Shown here piece after piece: positions 1-13,560 of a DNA stretch of 64,000 nucleotides (its first letter is position 1; every line of letters begins with the position of its first letter). The notes under the pieces were generated by a model. It did not search any database and was not told the DNA's origin. It worked only from the letters and a program-made list of their open reading frames with translations. The translations under genes and the position numbers were made by a program. The stretch is taken from positions 5,952,001-6,016,000 of the forward strand of contig CM022668.1 of assembly GCA_012295275.1 (NCBI GenBank), written 5' to 3'. The stretch is from Chrysomallon squamiferum. Its lineage: Eukaryota; Animalia; Mollusca.

Positions 1-290
1 TTACTACAAATGCCACTATAACTACTACTACTACTACCACTAACAGTATTAATATAAAACCAAAACAAGTACAACTATTACACTACTACTACTACTGCCT
101 CCACTACTAGTGCTACTGCTACTACCACTACTGCTAACACTTCCTCATTACTGCAGCTGCTCCTTCTATAATTACAAGTAGTCAAACTAAACAGGTCAAT
201 ACAGCTGAATAGTATCACCACAGCAACACAACCAACACATCTCTAAGCATGTTACCACAGTGACCAAAACAAGTTTGTCAAACAACGTAC

Positions 291-617
291 CAACCAGCCT
301 CCGCAATCTGTGACCATGTCACAAAAAACTTCTAATTTCCTCACTTCAGAAGCAGTCAGCTTGTAGTTTCCACTGCATTTGTTTTCTGCCATCACATCAT
401 TGCAGTTGTGAGTTACTTTACTAGACTTTGGTCTGGATAAAAATGCTGAAACATATTCGTTATTTTAGATATTAAATATAAAAAACATCCATAGAAATAG
501 TGACAGATTTACAGACAGGTAGGTAGACAGACAGACAGACTGACAGACACACATGCATTCATACAGACAAGCAGTCTGAATAGCAACTAGTCAAGCAGAT
601 ATACATACATGCATACA

Positions 618-703
<86 letters not shown>

Positions 704-1641
704 TATATATATATATATATACATACATACAAAATAGATAAATAAATAGAGAAACAGATTCAAAAACAGAGCCACAGGCTGCTACTATTATTATCAACAA
801 CATTATGATCACTATCATCATCATCATCATAACAATTATAATTATTATTATTATTGTAGTGGTAGAAGTAATTGAATAGTAGTAGCAGTAGTAGTAGTAA
901 TAACAGTATTAAGTTCACGTTTAAGACATAAATATTTACAATTAATGCTGCTGTCATCAGATGAAATTTGTATGTCACTGCTACATGGTACACATTTAAC
1001 TTGATTCATGTCTCTCTGGACATGACACTTTGAACCAGATAAGCAGGTTTCAAATCCACAGGCCCCAGCTACTGACTGCAAAAAAAAAAATGGTTTTTCT
1101 TAACAGTAGTTTGTCTACCTCTCTGTATACAAGTTATAATTTTCGTGTATACATGTACATATATTCACACTGAGACAGACATAAACACACACAAGTACAT
1201 GTGATACATATACATACATACATACATATATATCTACATACATATCTAAATATATATATATATGAAAATAAATCTATCCACATGTTCATGTATGTTTCAA
1301 AATTCTCTAAAATTTTCTCTAATATCACAGCTTTTGAAATCTTGGTTTGTGTACATTTCTTACCTTTATTTTACTTTTTATTTTTAATTACTTTTTAAGA
1401 TATTTTTTTTATTTGTTTATTATTCTTTTTGTGTGGTGGTCCAGGAAAATGTCTGTTTCAATCTATTTTGTTTAAATTGTAACAAAACACTAAAGTACGT
1501 TATCCTAAAAGGAAAATTTAATCTGTGCACTATAAAATGTGTTTCTGGTTAACCTATTATGTTTAATTAAATCTAATTTGAAAAATTTCCTAAAACAACT
1601 AAATTTTTGGATTTTTCCAATTTTTCATTCTCTTTTTTCAT

Positions 1642-1672
<31 letters not shown>

Positions 1673-4600
1673 TTTTGAGATAAAAGGAAACAAACGTGAT
1701 ATCATATATCACTGTAATGGTTGCTAAATGATCTATTGCCACTGCACACAAATACATACTGTTTGTGCACTGTTCAAAGCCAGCAAGCTTATCAATCATT
1801 TTTAGTCTCACATTTTTCAAAAACTTTACTTACATTTGTAACTGTATCAAAACTTATCACCTTATACTATTCCCCTCCTAAGAGAGAAACAACTAAATAC
1901 CAAACAGTATTTGTTTTGTTTTGTCAGATGGTAATATTGTTGTTCTTTTGGTTTTATTTTTTTTCAGTGTTGCACAATAGTTTCTGTGATTACCAGCAAA
2001 AACAAAGCCATGAAGAAACAAAGTTATTGACTACTTTATATTATGTCCCATAAATGTTGCTGAACTTAGGTGAACTTTACAGAAACAAATGTCAACAAGT
2101 TACAATCATGACAGTGAATGGCAGGTTAATAAAACTGTGAAGGTTGTTTTTTCAAATTTGTAAACACTTCTGTATTTTTAGAGACAGTGTCACCTTATAT
2201 CACTTGTTATTATTATAAACAAAGTGTTTCTTGCTTTAGTTTTATGTATTCAGTCTGATCAAAATGCTTAATAAAATAATGATAAAATTATTACTGTTTT
2301 ACTTGAAATTAGGTGCAATTTTCTGTTTGTTTTCTGCATAGTTTCATCTGAAAAATGTATTTTTAAATAATTAAAAGTTATAATTGGTAGCATTCAATAA
2401 TTTCAAAAACCAAAAATACAATTTTTGGACCATGTGATGTGTTTTGTTAGACCACCACACATATATAACATTTACTTTTCCTCTTAAAACATCTTGAAAT
2501 TTTAGTTAACAAATTCCACGTCCTTGATCTTGATCAGAATAAAATCCTTAGCCACACAAAACTTTCCTACTGTGGAACAAAAATGACAAGGCTGTATTGA
2601 TGACCAAGTGGTACTGTCACCCAGCTATGGAGTGCAGACAAATGGGTGCCATAAGTTCAAGTCTCATCAGTGGCATTTGACAGGTTTGTGAGGTTGTGAT
2701 TGGACTTTGTTCTCCTGTACCAGTGTGTTCCTGAATACTGTCTATGTGCAGAACCTAATCCGATGTTAATAAACCAGAGAATGTTCAATCCTAAATGCAT
2801 TCATACATGCATACATACAGACTGATACAGATATATGCCTTTCTGAAATTCTGAGATATGAAAAACTCCTTAATCTGAAAATTCTTCCAAGCAGCAAAAA
2901 TGATATAGTTTTCAGATTCTTTTCATTCAGTAACTTTATTTAAAATTATTTTAAAATATATACATATTACATAAAAAAAATAATTCTGCAGACTGTTTGT
3001 TTAAGCTAGTAGTGGCAAAACTATGACACATGAGGGCATTTTAAGTGACACATGCAACACTAAGTACCTTGGACTTTGATTTAATATATTCTCAACTATT
3101 TTTGGTCACATAATTTAAAAGTTAATAAAACAGAATTAAAAGTAGTACAACATAGCATATATATTCATATACTTTTAACTTCTTAAAATCAAAATGTAAT
3201 ATACCATTTAACAATATAAAGTTAGAAGTGACACATGATGATGTAAATATGATTAAGATATAAAAGCCTAGCATCGAAGTTTTGCCACCACTGGTATAAG
3301 CTATATGAAACATAAACCTGAATATAGGACAAACTTTCATTATCTCCTTTTACCTCAAAATCTGAAAAATTCTGAAAATAGAAACTCTTCCAGTCTCAAG
3401 CATTTTGGATTCAGAATTCTCAAACTCTACACATAGATGAGACTGGCAGTACAGTTTTTAGACCTATTTTCATATCACACAATCAGAAACCATAAACCAT
3501 AAAAAATCTCCTCAGTGTTAATATAATGGTCTTTTGACTATTGTTTTAGACCATTTTTAAACATTTTTTAAAATTTTTAAATTTTAAATTTGTGAAAATA
3601 ACTTTAATTAATAATTTCTACTTTGAAACTATATGCTCCAGCCTAATATGCTGTTAATCAAACAACATTTTTAATTCCACCACTGAATGTACATGTGTAT
3701 GTCTCTCTGTGTATCTGTATCTACATCTATATCTGTCTAGCAGCAGCTGAATTAGTACTAACAGTACAGTATTGATATTAAGATTAGTACTAGTTCTAGA
3801 ATTGAAACAAAACAAAGAAAATAAAAAAGAATTAAAAATCATATGACTAAATCACCACAAAAGTGATGACAACAATGATGAAATAAATAAGGATACAGAC
3901 TAATCTCATACTGTCTCTAGCATTTAGAAGTAGCAGTAGTAGTAGAAGTTTTAATATTAAGGATGGAGGTGGTGGTGAAAGTAGTAGCGCTAGTAGTAGT
4001 AACAATAGTAATAGTAGTAGTAGTGACAGTAGTAGCATTAGAAGTGGTATCAGTAGCAATAGTAATAGTGGTAGTAGTAACAATTGTAGTAGTACTTGTA
4101 GTAGTAGTAGTATGGGTAACAGTAGTAGTAATAACAGCATTAGCCCAGTAATTTTGAGAGTAAACAGATTAATGAATTTATCAAATAGAAAATTTCTTTC
4201 TGTTTTTTTCTTATTAAAAAAATGCTGGAAATAGGTTAATTCAGGATTAGAATAACCACGATGTGAAAAAAAGTGAAAAAGAAGAGTTAAAATCAGGCAG
4301 AAATGGCCTTTTTATTTGGGTGACAAAAGATGCATGTAGTAGTAGTTGTAGTAGTACCAGCAGCAGCAGTAATTTTAGTGGTAATATTAGTAACAAAAGT
4401 AGTAATTGTAGTGTTAATACTAGAAGTAGTAGTTATAATAATAGTGATAGTAATATTAGTGGTGCAGGTAGTGGTAGTAGTTGTAGTAGTAGTAGTAGTA
4501 GTAACAGTAGTGGTAGTAGTAGTAATATTAGTGGTGGTGGTTGTAGTAATAACTCTTATCATGTTATATTTATAACAACAAAAAGTAAAATATCTCACCT

Positions 4601-4877
4601 TGTCTATAGAATCTTTGTCTTGGTAAATTGATGCTTTCTTTGTGACAAAATCTTGTGAACTTTCTTCCTTTGTTTTGTAGTTGAGTTGACACTCCAGGGT
4701 AGACGTGAAGAAGTTAAAAGATTTACAACACATATCAGCTACACAGGCAGCAGAACAGTCATACAACGACGAGTGAGACGTTGTGGTCATGACGTGGTTT
4801 TGAAATTCAGCATCGTACTGCAAACTTCCGCACGAAAGATCTAATGCAAACAGACAGACGATAATAATTCTTAACAT
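291..4877 (-). CDS. Secreted PAN/apple - truncated EGF - fibrinogen-related domain protein, copy A (3' exons lie outside the window)
   Basis: Phase-consistent GT-AG exons. 4877-4599: signal peptide [17 protein letters not shown] plus PAN CSAAC..CCKSFNF..CQL. 1075-940: 4-Cys EGF-like [21 protein letters not shown]. 445-291: FReD start [19 protein letters not shown]. Exon structure matches copies B and C. Confidence 0.9.
2591..2790 (+). mobile_element. Possible decayed tRNA-derived SINE
   Basis: A-box-like TGACCAAGTGG (~2601) and B-box-like AGTTCAAGTC (~2654), CpG-decayed. Boundaries approximate. Confidence 0.3.
2830..3430. mobile_element. Decayed Tigger-like MITE interrupted by a hAT MITE
   Basis: Repeated TCTGAAA motifs on both sides of the hAT insertion, and a terminus CAGTCTCAAGCATTTTGGAT..CTCAAACTCTA resembling Tigger/MER-type ends (from recall). 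Confidence 0.35.
3007..3293. mobile_element. Non-autonomous hAT (Charlie-like) MITE
   Basis: TIRs TAGTAGTGGCAAAACT / AGTTTTGCCACCACTG; 8-bp TSD GTTTAAGC / GTATAAGC (7/8 match). Confidence 0.75.
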
Positions 4878-5880
4878 GATTCAAATGATTTCTTTTCTAT
4901 TTGCTTTCTTTACTATTAAAACTCAAATTAAATACTAAAGAAGAACTTTGCAAGAAGATGAACTGTTTCAAATCTTTTTGACAAAAATTTGGTTAAAGAA
5001 CTTTCGAATCCCAAAACTATATGAAAAGTGATAAAATGTTTTCTCTTCAAAATTAAAATAGAACTAATATCTTGTTGTTTATTGCCTTATTTTTGTCTTT
5101 ATTCTACTGATTTTAAATTATTAAAAACAGTTGCAGAAAATATAGTTACAGAGATAAAGGAGACTTTACAGACTGCTAATAATGTAAAGGTTCTGTCACA
5201 GAGAACAAATCACAAAAATGCAAGCAATCAAAATTTCATTTATTATATTACTATCAGTATAGTAGTTGCAGTAGTAGTAGAGCAGCCATAGACTAGTAGT
5301 AGTGAAAGAAGTGTTTATTGTGACAGTAGTAATAGTAACTGTGGTAATGGAGACTGTGATAGTGGCAGTGGTAATAGTAGTTGTGGTAGTGGTTGTGGTA
5401 GCTGGTAGTAGTTGTAGTCAGGGTGGAGGAAATTGTAGTAGCAGTTGTCTAGTAGTAATAGTATATTTTACTGTGATAGTGGAAGTAGTACTAATAATAG
5501 TAATTGTGGTAGTAGTAGTAACAGCAGTAGTTTAGTAATAAAAGTAGTGTTTATTGTGATAGCAGAAGAAGTAGTAATAGTAATGGTTGTAATAGTAGTG
5601 GAGATTGTGGTGGTGGTTGGTGATGTGGTTATGGTAGCAGTAACAGCAGAAGTAGTTGTGATAGTGCTAGTGGTGTTGTTGATGATAGTAGTAATAGTAG
5701 TAGTAGCTGTAGAAGAAGTAGTGGTAGTAGTGTTAATGATAGTTGTAGTACTTGTAGGAGTAGTAGTGATAATTTTTTTAATAGAAACATAGTGGTAGTC
5801 ATAGTAAATAGTAGTAGTGGTAGTGGTGACAGAGATAATAGGAATATGACATAGTGTCAGTAGTAGAGGTAGTAGTGACA
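3900..5880. repeat. Degenerate (AGT/GGT)n trinucleotide fields flanking exon 1 of copy A
   Basis: Long TAG/TGG/TAA runs at ~3920-4150, 4335-4550 and 5255-5880. They generate the poly-V/T/S ORFs. Confidence 0.85.
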
Positions 5881-6491
5881 GCAGCAGTTTTGTGAGTTAC
5901 TGTGACTTTATTGAAATTTTATACAAGTGTTTGGCATCATTGCTGAATGATTCAAATTTAGAGGGATTACAACAGCTCCTGTATACCAGCAACACTTCTT
6001 CAAACTGACTTTTTACAACCTTATACCCCATGAAAATACAGTTCTACAAGACACTATTCAGAACTATTGTTATAACACATTATCACATTATAGTTTCTGC
6101 TGGAAGTGTATCATTAAACACAAATTGCTTTGTGTGAATGCACCTTTAAAATTCAAGTTTCCCACTAAGGACTAACAACCGTTCTGCCTGACTTGCTGTC
6201 TGAAAAATTATCGTGGGTTTTCCCCTCCAAGGATTAATATTTTTAAACTTGTTAATAGTAATCTATATGAAAAATTAATGTGTGTCATGTACGTCAAGTG
6301 TTTTTGTTCAGATTTTCCAATAATTGTGTTGAAAATGATGATAAAAACCCAAGAGATATTTAACTTACAAAATCATGTGATGATGATGATGATGATGATA
6401 ATGCTCTGTTATTTTATTAATGGTAACAATTGAACTTGCTGTCTGCAATGAAAAAAAAGGCACACACACACACACACACACAGGTGTATAT

Positions 6492-7140
6492 GGGTCATTC
6501 CATGTCATATCACCCCCCAAAAAAGAAAATTTAAACCCGACCATCTCAGATTTTTATGAAACTTGGAATTCTTGTTGACTGATATCCCACAGCACCAAAT
6601 CTGAAATATTATTAGCCCAATCGGATCAGTGGTGTGGGAGATATGACCCACCGAATTTTGAGATTTTTGGCAAAAATGGGTGTGACCACCAACCTTAGAA
6701 CCCTCATATCTCAGGAACTACTGGGCCAATCTTCATAAAATTGGTATTGTTGAAAAGGCAATATGACTAGGATTCCAAATCTGCCATTTTTGTTCAGTTT
6801 GGAAAATACTGGAGTACACTGACCTATTGACCTTTGCTATGACCTTGAAATTGACCATGTGGATCACGTGACCTTGAGATGACCTTTATTGAAATTTAAT
6901 CTCGGACGTTAACTAAAACATATAAAAGTTTCCTGGGTGTATTATTTTTTGTTTAGCCACAATATAGATTTAAAAAATGCACATACATGAAAATAACACC
7001 TTTTCAGCCATTAACATCTGATTAACTAAAACCTGAATGATCAATTCTGGATGCTAAAAATCACCATCTTTCTTGATAATCGAGTAAGATATTGAGATGG
7101 TTGGGTTTAACCCATTGGGTGATTTGACATGGAATGACCC
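6492..7140. mobile_element. Non-autonomous DNA transposon (MITE) with GGG..CCC termini, family unresolved
   Basis: TIR GGGTCATTCCATGTCATATCACC vs reverse complement of the right end GGGTCATTCCATGTCAAATCACC (1 mismatch). Subterminal inverted pair TTAAACCCGACCATCTC / GAGATGGTTGGGTTTAA. Confidence 0.8.
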
Positions 7141-7322
7141 ACATACATTATCTATACAAGTGTTTGGCATCATTGCTGAATCATTCAAATTTAGAGGAAT
7201 TACAACAGCTCCTGCATATATATATGTGTGTGTGTGTGTGTGTGTTTAATTACTACTTCTATTATATATATATCTATACATATATGTATGTATATTTAGA
7301 TTTAGATATGTAATAATCTCTT

Positions 7323-7380
<58 letters not shown>

Positions 7381-7647
7381 GAAAGTCATTCTTCAGATGA
7401 TTAAATAATGACAGCTTTGGTATGAAAATAACCATTTATTAGTTTATTTTGTGAAAATATAGATATTAATGACTGGAAAGCAACAGATAACAGAGCTATA
7501 TTACATTATTAATTTGTTAAGAAATATATCAACTATTTGTTGTGGGCCTATGTGTTTGTCACTAGTATTACCACACAAATTATGTATCATATGGTGAAAT
7601 TTGATAGCTATAAATTAAAATGAACTGTTAAAAAAAACTGAAAAAAA

Positions 7648-9147
7648 TATGAAGTACAAAAGAAAGTTTCCACCTGAATATTTCTGTTTATTTATACAAT
7701 TTGTACAATGTATTTTAAAACTCCATGTAGTCATAATGAACCAAAGTCAACCTTTGTGTTGATGTCTCCAAAACACACCAAAAAACGTTATTCAGTGTTT
7801 TGTGTGAATTTCGTGAAAACCACGATTTTCAGCAACAAGGCAGGCAATTTTGTTCATAGCAGTGTAAAAGTCATTGGTCATTGTGTGGAACCATTTAGGT
7901 TTTTACAGAAAAACACAAATAAAATGCCAGAATTGTCTGCAGCACAACAAGAGCGAGCCATGGGTATGGGGCTTCGAGCAGTCATATTGCTTGAACCTTT
8001 GGCTGCTCAAAGCAAACCATAAATAAACTCTGTATACAATTTAACCTGACACATGACTGACCCAGAAGTGGAAGACCAAGGAAGACCAGTAGCTGCGTGC
8101 TCTCCACTTACATAACAGGTTCATCACGGACATGTCATCGACATCAACAGCACTGGGTCACCACATCAGTAGGAACACAGTGATGAGGCAACTGGATGCT
8201 GCTGGTATCCAGACCTATAAACCATTTCATGGGATGTCCTTGACCTGTCAACATCGTATGAATCGTCTACGCTGGGCAAGGACAGTATGTCACTGGCAAC
8301 AACGTAACTGTGCTCTTCTCTGATGAAAGCCGCTTCAACATGTTTTGTGCAGATGACAGAGTGAGAATATACAGACATGGAGGTGAACGACCGACTCCAC
8401 AATGCATTCAAGCAGTCCATCCCTATGGCGGCAGTGGTATCATCATTTGGGGAGGCATTTGTGGGCATCAGAAAACCCATCTAGTCACCATCCAGAGAAA
8501 TCTGACAGCTCAGCGATATATTCAGCAAATTTTGCAACCAGTTCTCCTTCCTTTCTTACGACCAGGGTTCATACTGCAGCAAGACAACACCAGACTGCAT
8601 ACTGCCAGAATCACCATGGACTTGTTTAACCATAATAACGTTCATGTATTGCCATGGCCAGCATGCTCCCCTGACTTATCTGCCACTGAATATCTCTGGG
8701 GCCAAATGGGAAGACAACTGAGATGTCAACCACATCAACCAGCCAATCTGCAGGAGCTGGAACAGGCTCTACAAGAAGAGTGGACATGGATCCCATGGAT
8801 CATCCAATGACTGACAGTTTCAATGAGGAGGCGAGCACTGGCTTACATCAATGCCAACTGAGGTCATACAAGATACTTGAGTATGTTCCATTCACTATTG
8901 TGATAAACTGTCAACTTCAAGAGACGGTATCCTGATTTATATTTGCTTATGGAATTTTCCATTCATAACCTGCATGTGTTTGAATGAATTTCATGTAGTT
9001 AATTTTGTCGCTGAAGAATTTTTGTGATGACAGAACCTTGGGTGACATATCAAATATCAATACACATTTTACAGAGTGTGCAAATGTTTTGTTGTTTTTG
9101 ACCTATAAGAGTTATTCAGGGTGGACACTTTCTTTTGTACTTCAGTA
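7648..9147 (+). mobile_element. Full-length but decayed Tc1-family transposon (DD34E)
   Basis: TIRs TGAAGTACAAAAGAAAGTTTCCACCTGAATA / TATTCAGGGTGGACACTTTCTTTTGTACTTCAG bracket transposase remnants. Confidence 0.92.
7924..8880 (+). pseudogene. Tc1 transposase, frameshifted
   Basis: MPELSAAQQERAMGM, SGRPRKT, LFSDESRF, ILQQDN..34 aa..SPDLSATE and a GHTRY end are spread over several reading frames. Confidence 0.9.
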
Positions 9148-11774
9148 TAGTATTTTTTTATGCTGCATAGAGAGATTTGAAAAAAATTTTAAACTGTATT
9201 TGGAACAAATCCATATTTACAATTGGTTGGATCATACTCATGGTGACACAGATGTTGTAGCAATAGTGGAAAATAAAATCATGATTGGGCAATTTAACCA
9301 CCATGTAAAATAAACTGAATACACTTGCTTCAGACACCACATAGAAGTTTAGGAATAAGTGGTATGCAGTTACACAAGAAGGTGAATACTAACAAATAAT
9401 AGCAATAATTGAATAGTAACACCAGCAACAGACTGACATCAGAATAACTAAATCCTAGTAATAAAATAAAAAACTAAGGGACATCTTCTATGACTTACAG
9501 GAAACACTGTAAATTGTGACTATACAAATTAATGACAAATAAATTGGTAAATGATTTACTAATCCTAATATTTCTAAAACATCTTCAGCACTGTTACTTG
9601 GTTAAATATTACAAATTTCAACAGTTACATACTGTGGAAAACATGGCATAATTTATGTGGAATGTTCCATATTTTTCAGTTGCTGCCTGTAACTCAGTAT
9701 CTGAACTATAATGCTACCTGCTTGACATAGGTTTCTGAATGACATCCATGTCTAAATACAAGCTTATGTCTTTTTAGGACAGGGCCAGTAAATTGGACCT
9801 CTGACCAGAACAGTCATATATTTTACTTTGATTTCATCTTCATTATATAATTTACTTGGTATTTTACAAAACTGTATCATCAAACATTGTCTGATGAAGC
9901 TGTCTGACCTAAGCAGCTCATTACCACTGTAAGTATGACTGAGGGGATCTTGTGATATGTTGTGGCTTTGGACAACATGCTGCCTACCAGCAGACTTACC
10001 ATCTCACATTACTTTGGGTCTGACTAGAGGATTTGATGGTGACAGCTTCTATTTCAAAGTGTTGAATTTGAAAACAAGGGGATTCTAAGTTACAATACAG
10101 GCACAATTCACATCCAGGTATCTTAGCTTCCCAGAAGAAAGGCATATAATCTGGTTTAGCCTCATTTTAACTTTTAAAGTAGGAATATACCAATGCTTCG
10201 GAGATATTTAGTGAAATTTTCCATTCAATACAGAACAATTTGACTGATGTTCCTGTACTTCAATTTCTTGAAAAACAGGCAGGCATCATGTTTTGGGGGA
10301 TTTCCATCACGCCTTTTATGATTCAACTTACTTTTTTTTACATCTTCCAAAAAAAAAAAAAAAAAACACATTCAGTGACCACTATATATACCAGTTTACT
10401 TGTTAATCTGCCTCAATAGTCAGTATAAGTAATGATCACGTCGATATGATGCTGTATTTCTGAGCAGTGCATACAATAAGACTGCCAAGTCATATTATGT
10501 GTTGAAATCACATTGTAATATTGCAAGTTGATGAGATCTGACTAGAAACAATTTCTCCAAGATGTCAATGTATTTTCAGGACATATCATAACCTTTGGAT
10601 GATGATGTGCATCTAAATCACAGTATATAATTTAATTTATTATTACCACTAGACCAGTGTCATGGCAGGACTATAACAACAAAGTGCCCTAAAACTCATT
10701 AACTGAACAAGGGAAGTTATTTAAATGAAATCGTATTTGTGAATTACAATAAATCAATCCTACCTAGTATGGCTACTCTGTAATTTACTCTGACACATTT
10801 GTCATTAATGTTACAATAAATCTATTAAAGTCAATTACTAGTTAACCCAATGATAAAAATCACTAATATTTAATGACACATGAACACGTTTTGGCTAAAT
10901 AACAAGACAAATGATGTGGTACAGCTACATAGTTGTTATCCAGTATGTTTGTTACATGAAATTAGGGAAACAACTCCAATGACAGTGGACAAACCATTGG
11001 TTCATTTTAGTAAAAAATTTCAGAAAAAAAAGAGAGAATATTTACATCAGGCCAACAGAATGATTCTCGTGTATTTACCAGAAGATCAACTAGGAGTGGC
11101 TATTATTTTTCAAGTCACAGAATTCAACTGTAGTAACCCCAAAGTCACCAAAACCTTGAGATGAGGCTTTGAGAATGAAAAAAAACCTCATTATGAATAT
11201 CTAATTTTTTCAGTTGAAAAAGTAATAAATAAATTAAGAATAAAATAGGCTCTTTAGTAATGTTTTTTATAATTTGACTACTACAGACTTGAACAGAGTC
11301 AGTAACATTTTAGTTATTCCTGCCCCCCTCAGTAAAATATGCCTCGTTAGGAATGGATCTACATGTAATATTTATTTACCAGAACATTCTCACCAACCAT
11401 TATGAAACAATACTCAAAGTCTAATCAGGCGAGCATTTAAAACTAAAAATGTGTTTGTGTTTGTGTGTGCGTGTGGGTGTGTTTTCTAATTTTTGCCAAT
11501 ATAAATTTGATTTAACTTCCATTATCATTTCCATCATGACTAAAGATTATATAACCATCATAATTTGGATTGAATTATATATACACACACACACACGCAC
11601 ACATACACATGTAGACTGACAGACTGGAAGCGAGAGAGATAGACAGACAGAAAGATGGATGGATGGATGGATGGATTTAATTTTATGAACATTGATTTTC
11701 TTTAGCAGAAAATCAAGCAACTGTAAATTGTCATGTGTATCAATTATTGATTACTATATACAACTGATCAATAC

Positions 11775-12013
11775 AGGCTGTCCCAAAAGTCTGGTTCCAT
11801 AGTACTTTTATTTATATGAAAACTGAAATAAGTGTGGAATGATCTCCTAGGATTTTAGACTTAAAAAAGTGTCTGTTAGGTTAGGACTGCATGACTAAAT
11901 ATGCAGTGAAGCCTTCTAAATTTTTATTTTTGTATTTAAATATTTATTTATTTTTGCTCTGTTTAAAATCACATACCTTTTGTCACCCACACCAAGAGAT
12001 CTTCTGGACACAA
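11775..12013. mobile_element. Decayed mariner-like MITE; related fragment at ~45870-46005
   Basis: TA-CAGGCTGTCCCAAAAGTCTGGTTCC start. The ~130 bp that follow align by eye with CTGTCCCAAAAGCCTGGTTCC.. at 45870. Confidence 0.5.
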
Positions 12014-12485
12014 TTTAACAATGTTGAATATCAAAGTCCATTTGTTATTCTAAACCCCGAATGAACCTATTTACAGTATTTTGTAAAATAAAATTTAAAA
12101 GAATGTTCTATTCGATACATTCAATAACTTGTTTCCTCATAGTTATACTGCATTGTTTAGGATCAATTCTTATCAGCAGACCAATTGGCTATTTACCCAG
12201 TCTGTCCACTCATCACCAGTGACCAGTCTGCTGAAAATTGTGGTATGTGGTGTCCTGTCAATGGAAACAATCTTTTGCTTCAAGTTTCCTTTCAAAACAT
12301 ATTTATTAACTCATTTATCCAAATTAGCTAATATTGTTATCACCACTGCTATTATCAACATTTTTAGTACTGCTGCAACTAGTACTTCAACTACAACTAA
12401 TACCAATACTATTACTATTACTATTACCACAGCTCACAGTATTGTGGTTGTTGTTGTTGTTGCATCAATTATTATTGCTATTATT

Positions 12486-12517
<32 letters not shown>

Positions 12518-13299
12518 TGCTATCATTATTCTCATATCTACTACTACTGCTACTATCACCACAATAAACATGGCAGAAAAAAATCTTAATAGGCTTTATT
12601 TCATCTAATTTGAAAAATATTTGGTGAGATATTAATAAAATTGTAATTAAGATACAATTGATTTCAGTCGAACAAAATGATGTCACCATGTTAGCATGGC
12701 CACTCTGTGCACCAGTCAGTCTATTTTTGCATGCAGCCAAGTAAAGTTCAAGGTCATGTTTTAAGTATTAAAATCATGTCCGATCTGCCCAGAAAACAAA
12801 GTAGGCGTTACACATTAGAGTGTTTTGTTGTTAAGAAATCTGTAGAAAAAAAAAATTCATCTAGTGTAAGTTTGCTGCAGTTACAAAACCCACAGATATG
12901 TCTGTAAATAAAAGCCTCACTGATGAAATTGTGCCTATAAACAGAATGTCTCCCCGTGACATCTGCACCATTTTCTGAAGGTCTGAACAGCTAAGCATTT
13001 CTGAAAAGGTAAATATGATGGACTATTGCTGGAAACAAGGTATAATGGAAAGTGAAAAGTATAATGAAAAGAAGCTTGTAATGTTTCAGGCGAGATTGCT
13101 CAAGCAGTATAGGTGGATTGCATATAGCGATCATTCAGATTACAGAGGAGTTGGTGTCTTCCATGTGTTCTGTTCATCAGTAACAACAAAAAAGAAAAAT
13201 AAGGGTCTTTTGAAAGCACTCATTTTACTAACTATAACAAATCAAAGGAACTATTAGCTGGTCATGAGACAAAAGAATATCCATAACATAGCATTGAAC

Positions 13300-13560
13300 A
13301 ATCCTTGTGTATTCAATCACAACAGCGCAACATTAACATTCAAGTCGACTTTCAGACAAACCAAGTAGCATCACAGAATCCGCCATCTCATCCTTACTTA
13401 ACACTGCAGTGCAAGCTGCCAACAAATCTAAATTAGCCCCTTGCTGTAGAATTAACCGTTATCTATCACAAGCTAAGGCACCTTTCTCAAACACCACTGG
13501 TTCATTTGCACTCAGCGGTTCCACCGTGTATAATTCTTCAGTTGACTAATCTTCTATTTT
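13300..13560 (+). mobile_element. Possible LINE (CR1/L2-like) ORF2 3'-end remnant
   Basis: Translation GSFALSGSTVYNS resembles the SFSYSGxxLWNSLP terminal motif. Otherwise heavily decayed. Confidence 0.25.

Noticed and set aside
587-830. Poly-IY, poly-V/T/L/S/N and HT/CV/ER ORFs here and throughout the ORF track
   Set aside because: Translations of (AT)n, (AGT)n, (AAT)n, (CA)n and (CT)n microsatellites, mostly intronic.
4293-4598. Thr-rich mucin-like extension of the 194-aa ORF
   Set aside because: Read-through past the AAG|GTGAGA donor into an intronic (ACT)n field; the paralogues splice at the same point.
9990-10165. Minus-strand ~55-codon open stretch ending in GTAAGT
   Set aside because: No clear acceptor, partner exons or recognisable homology; probably decayed TE.
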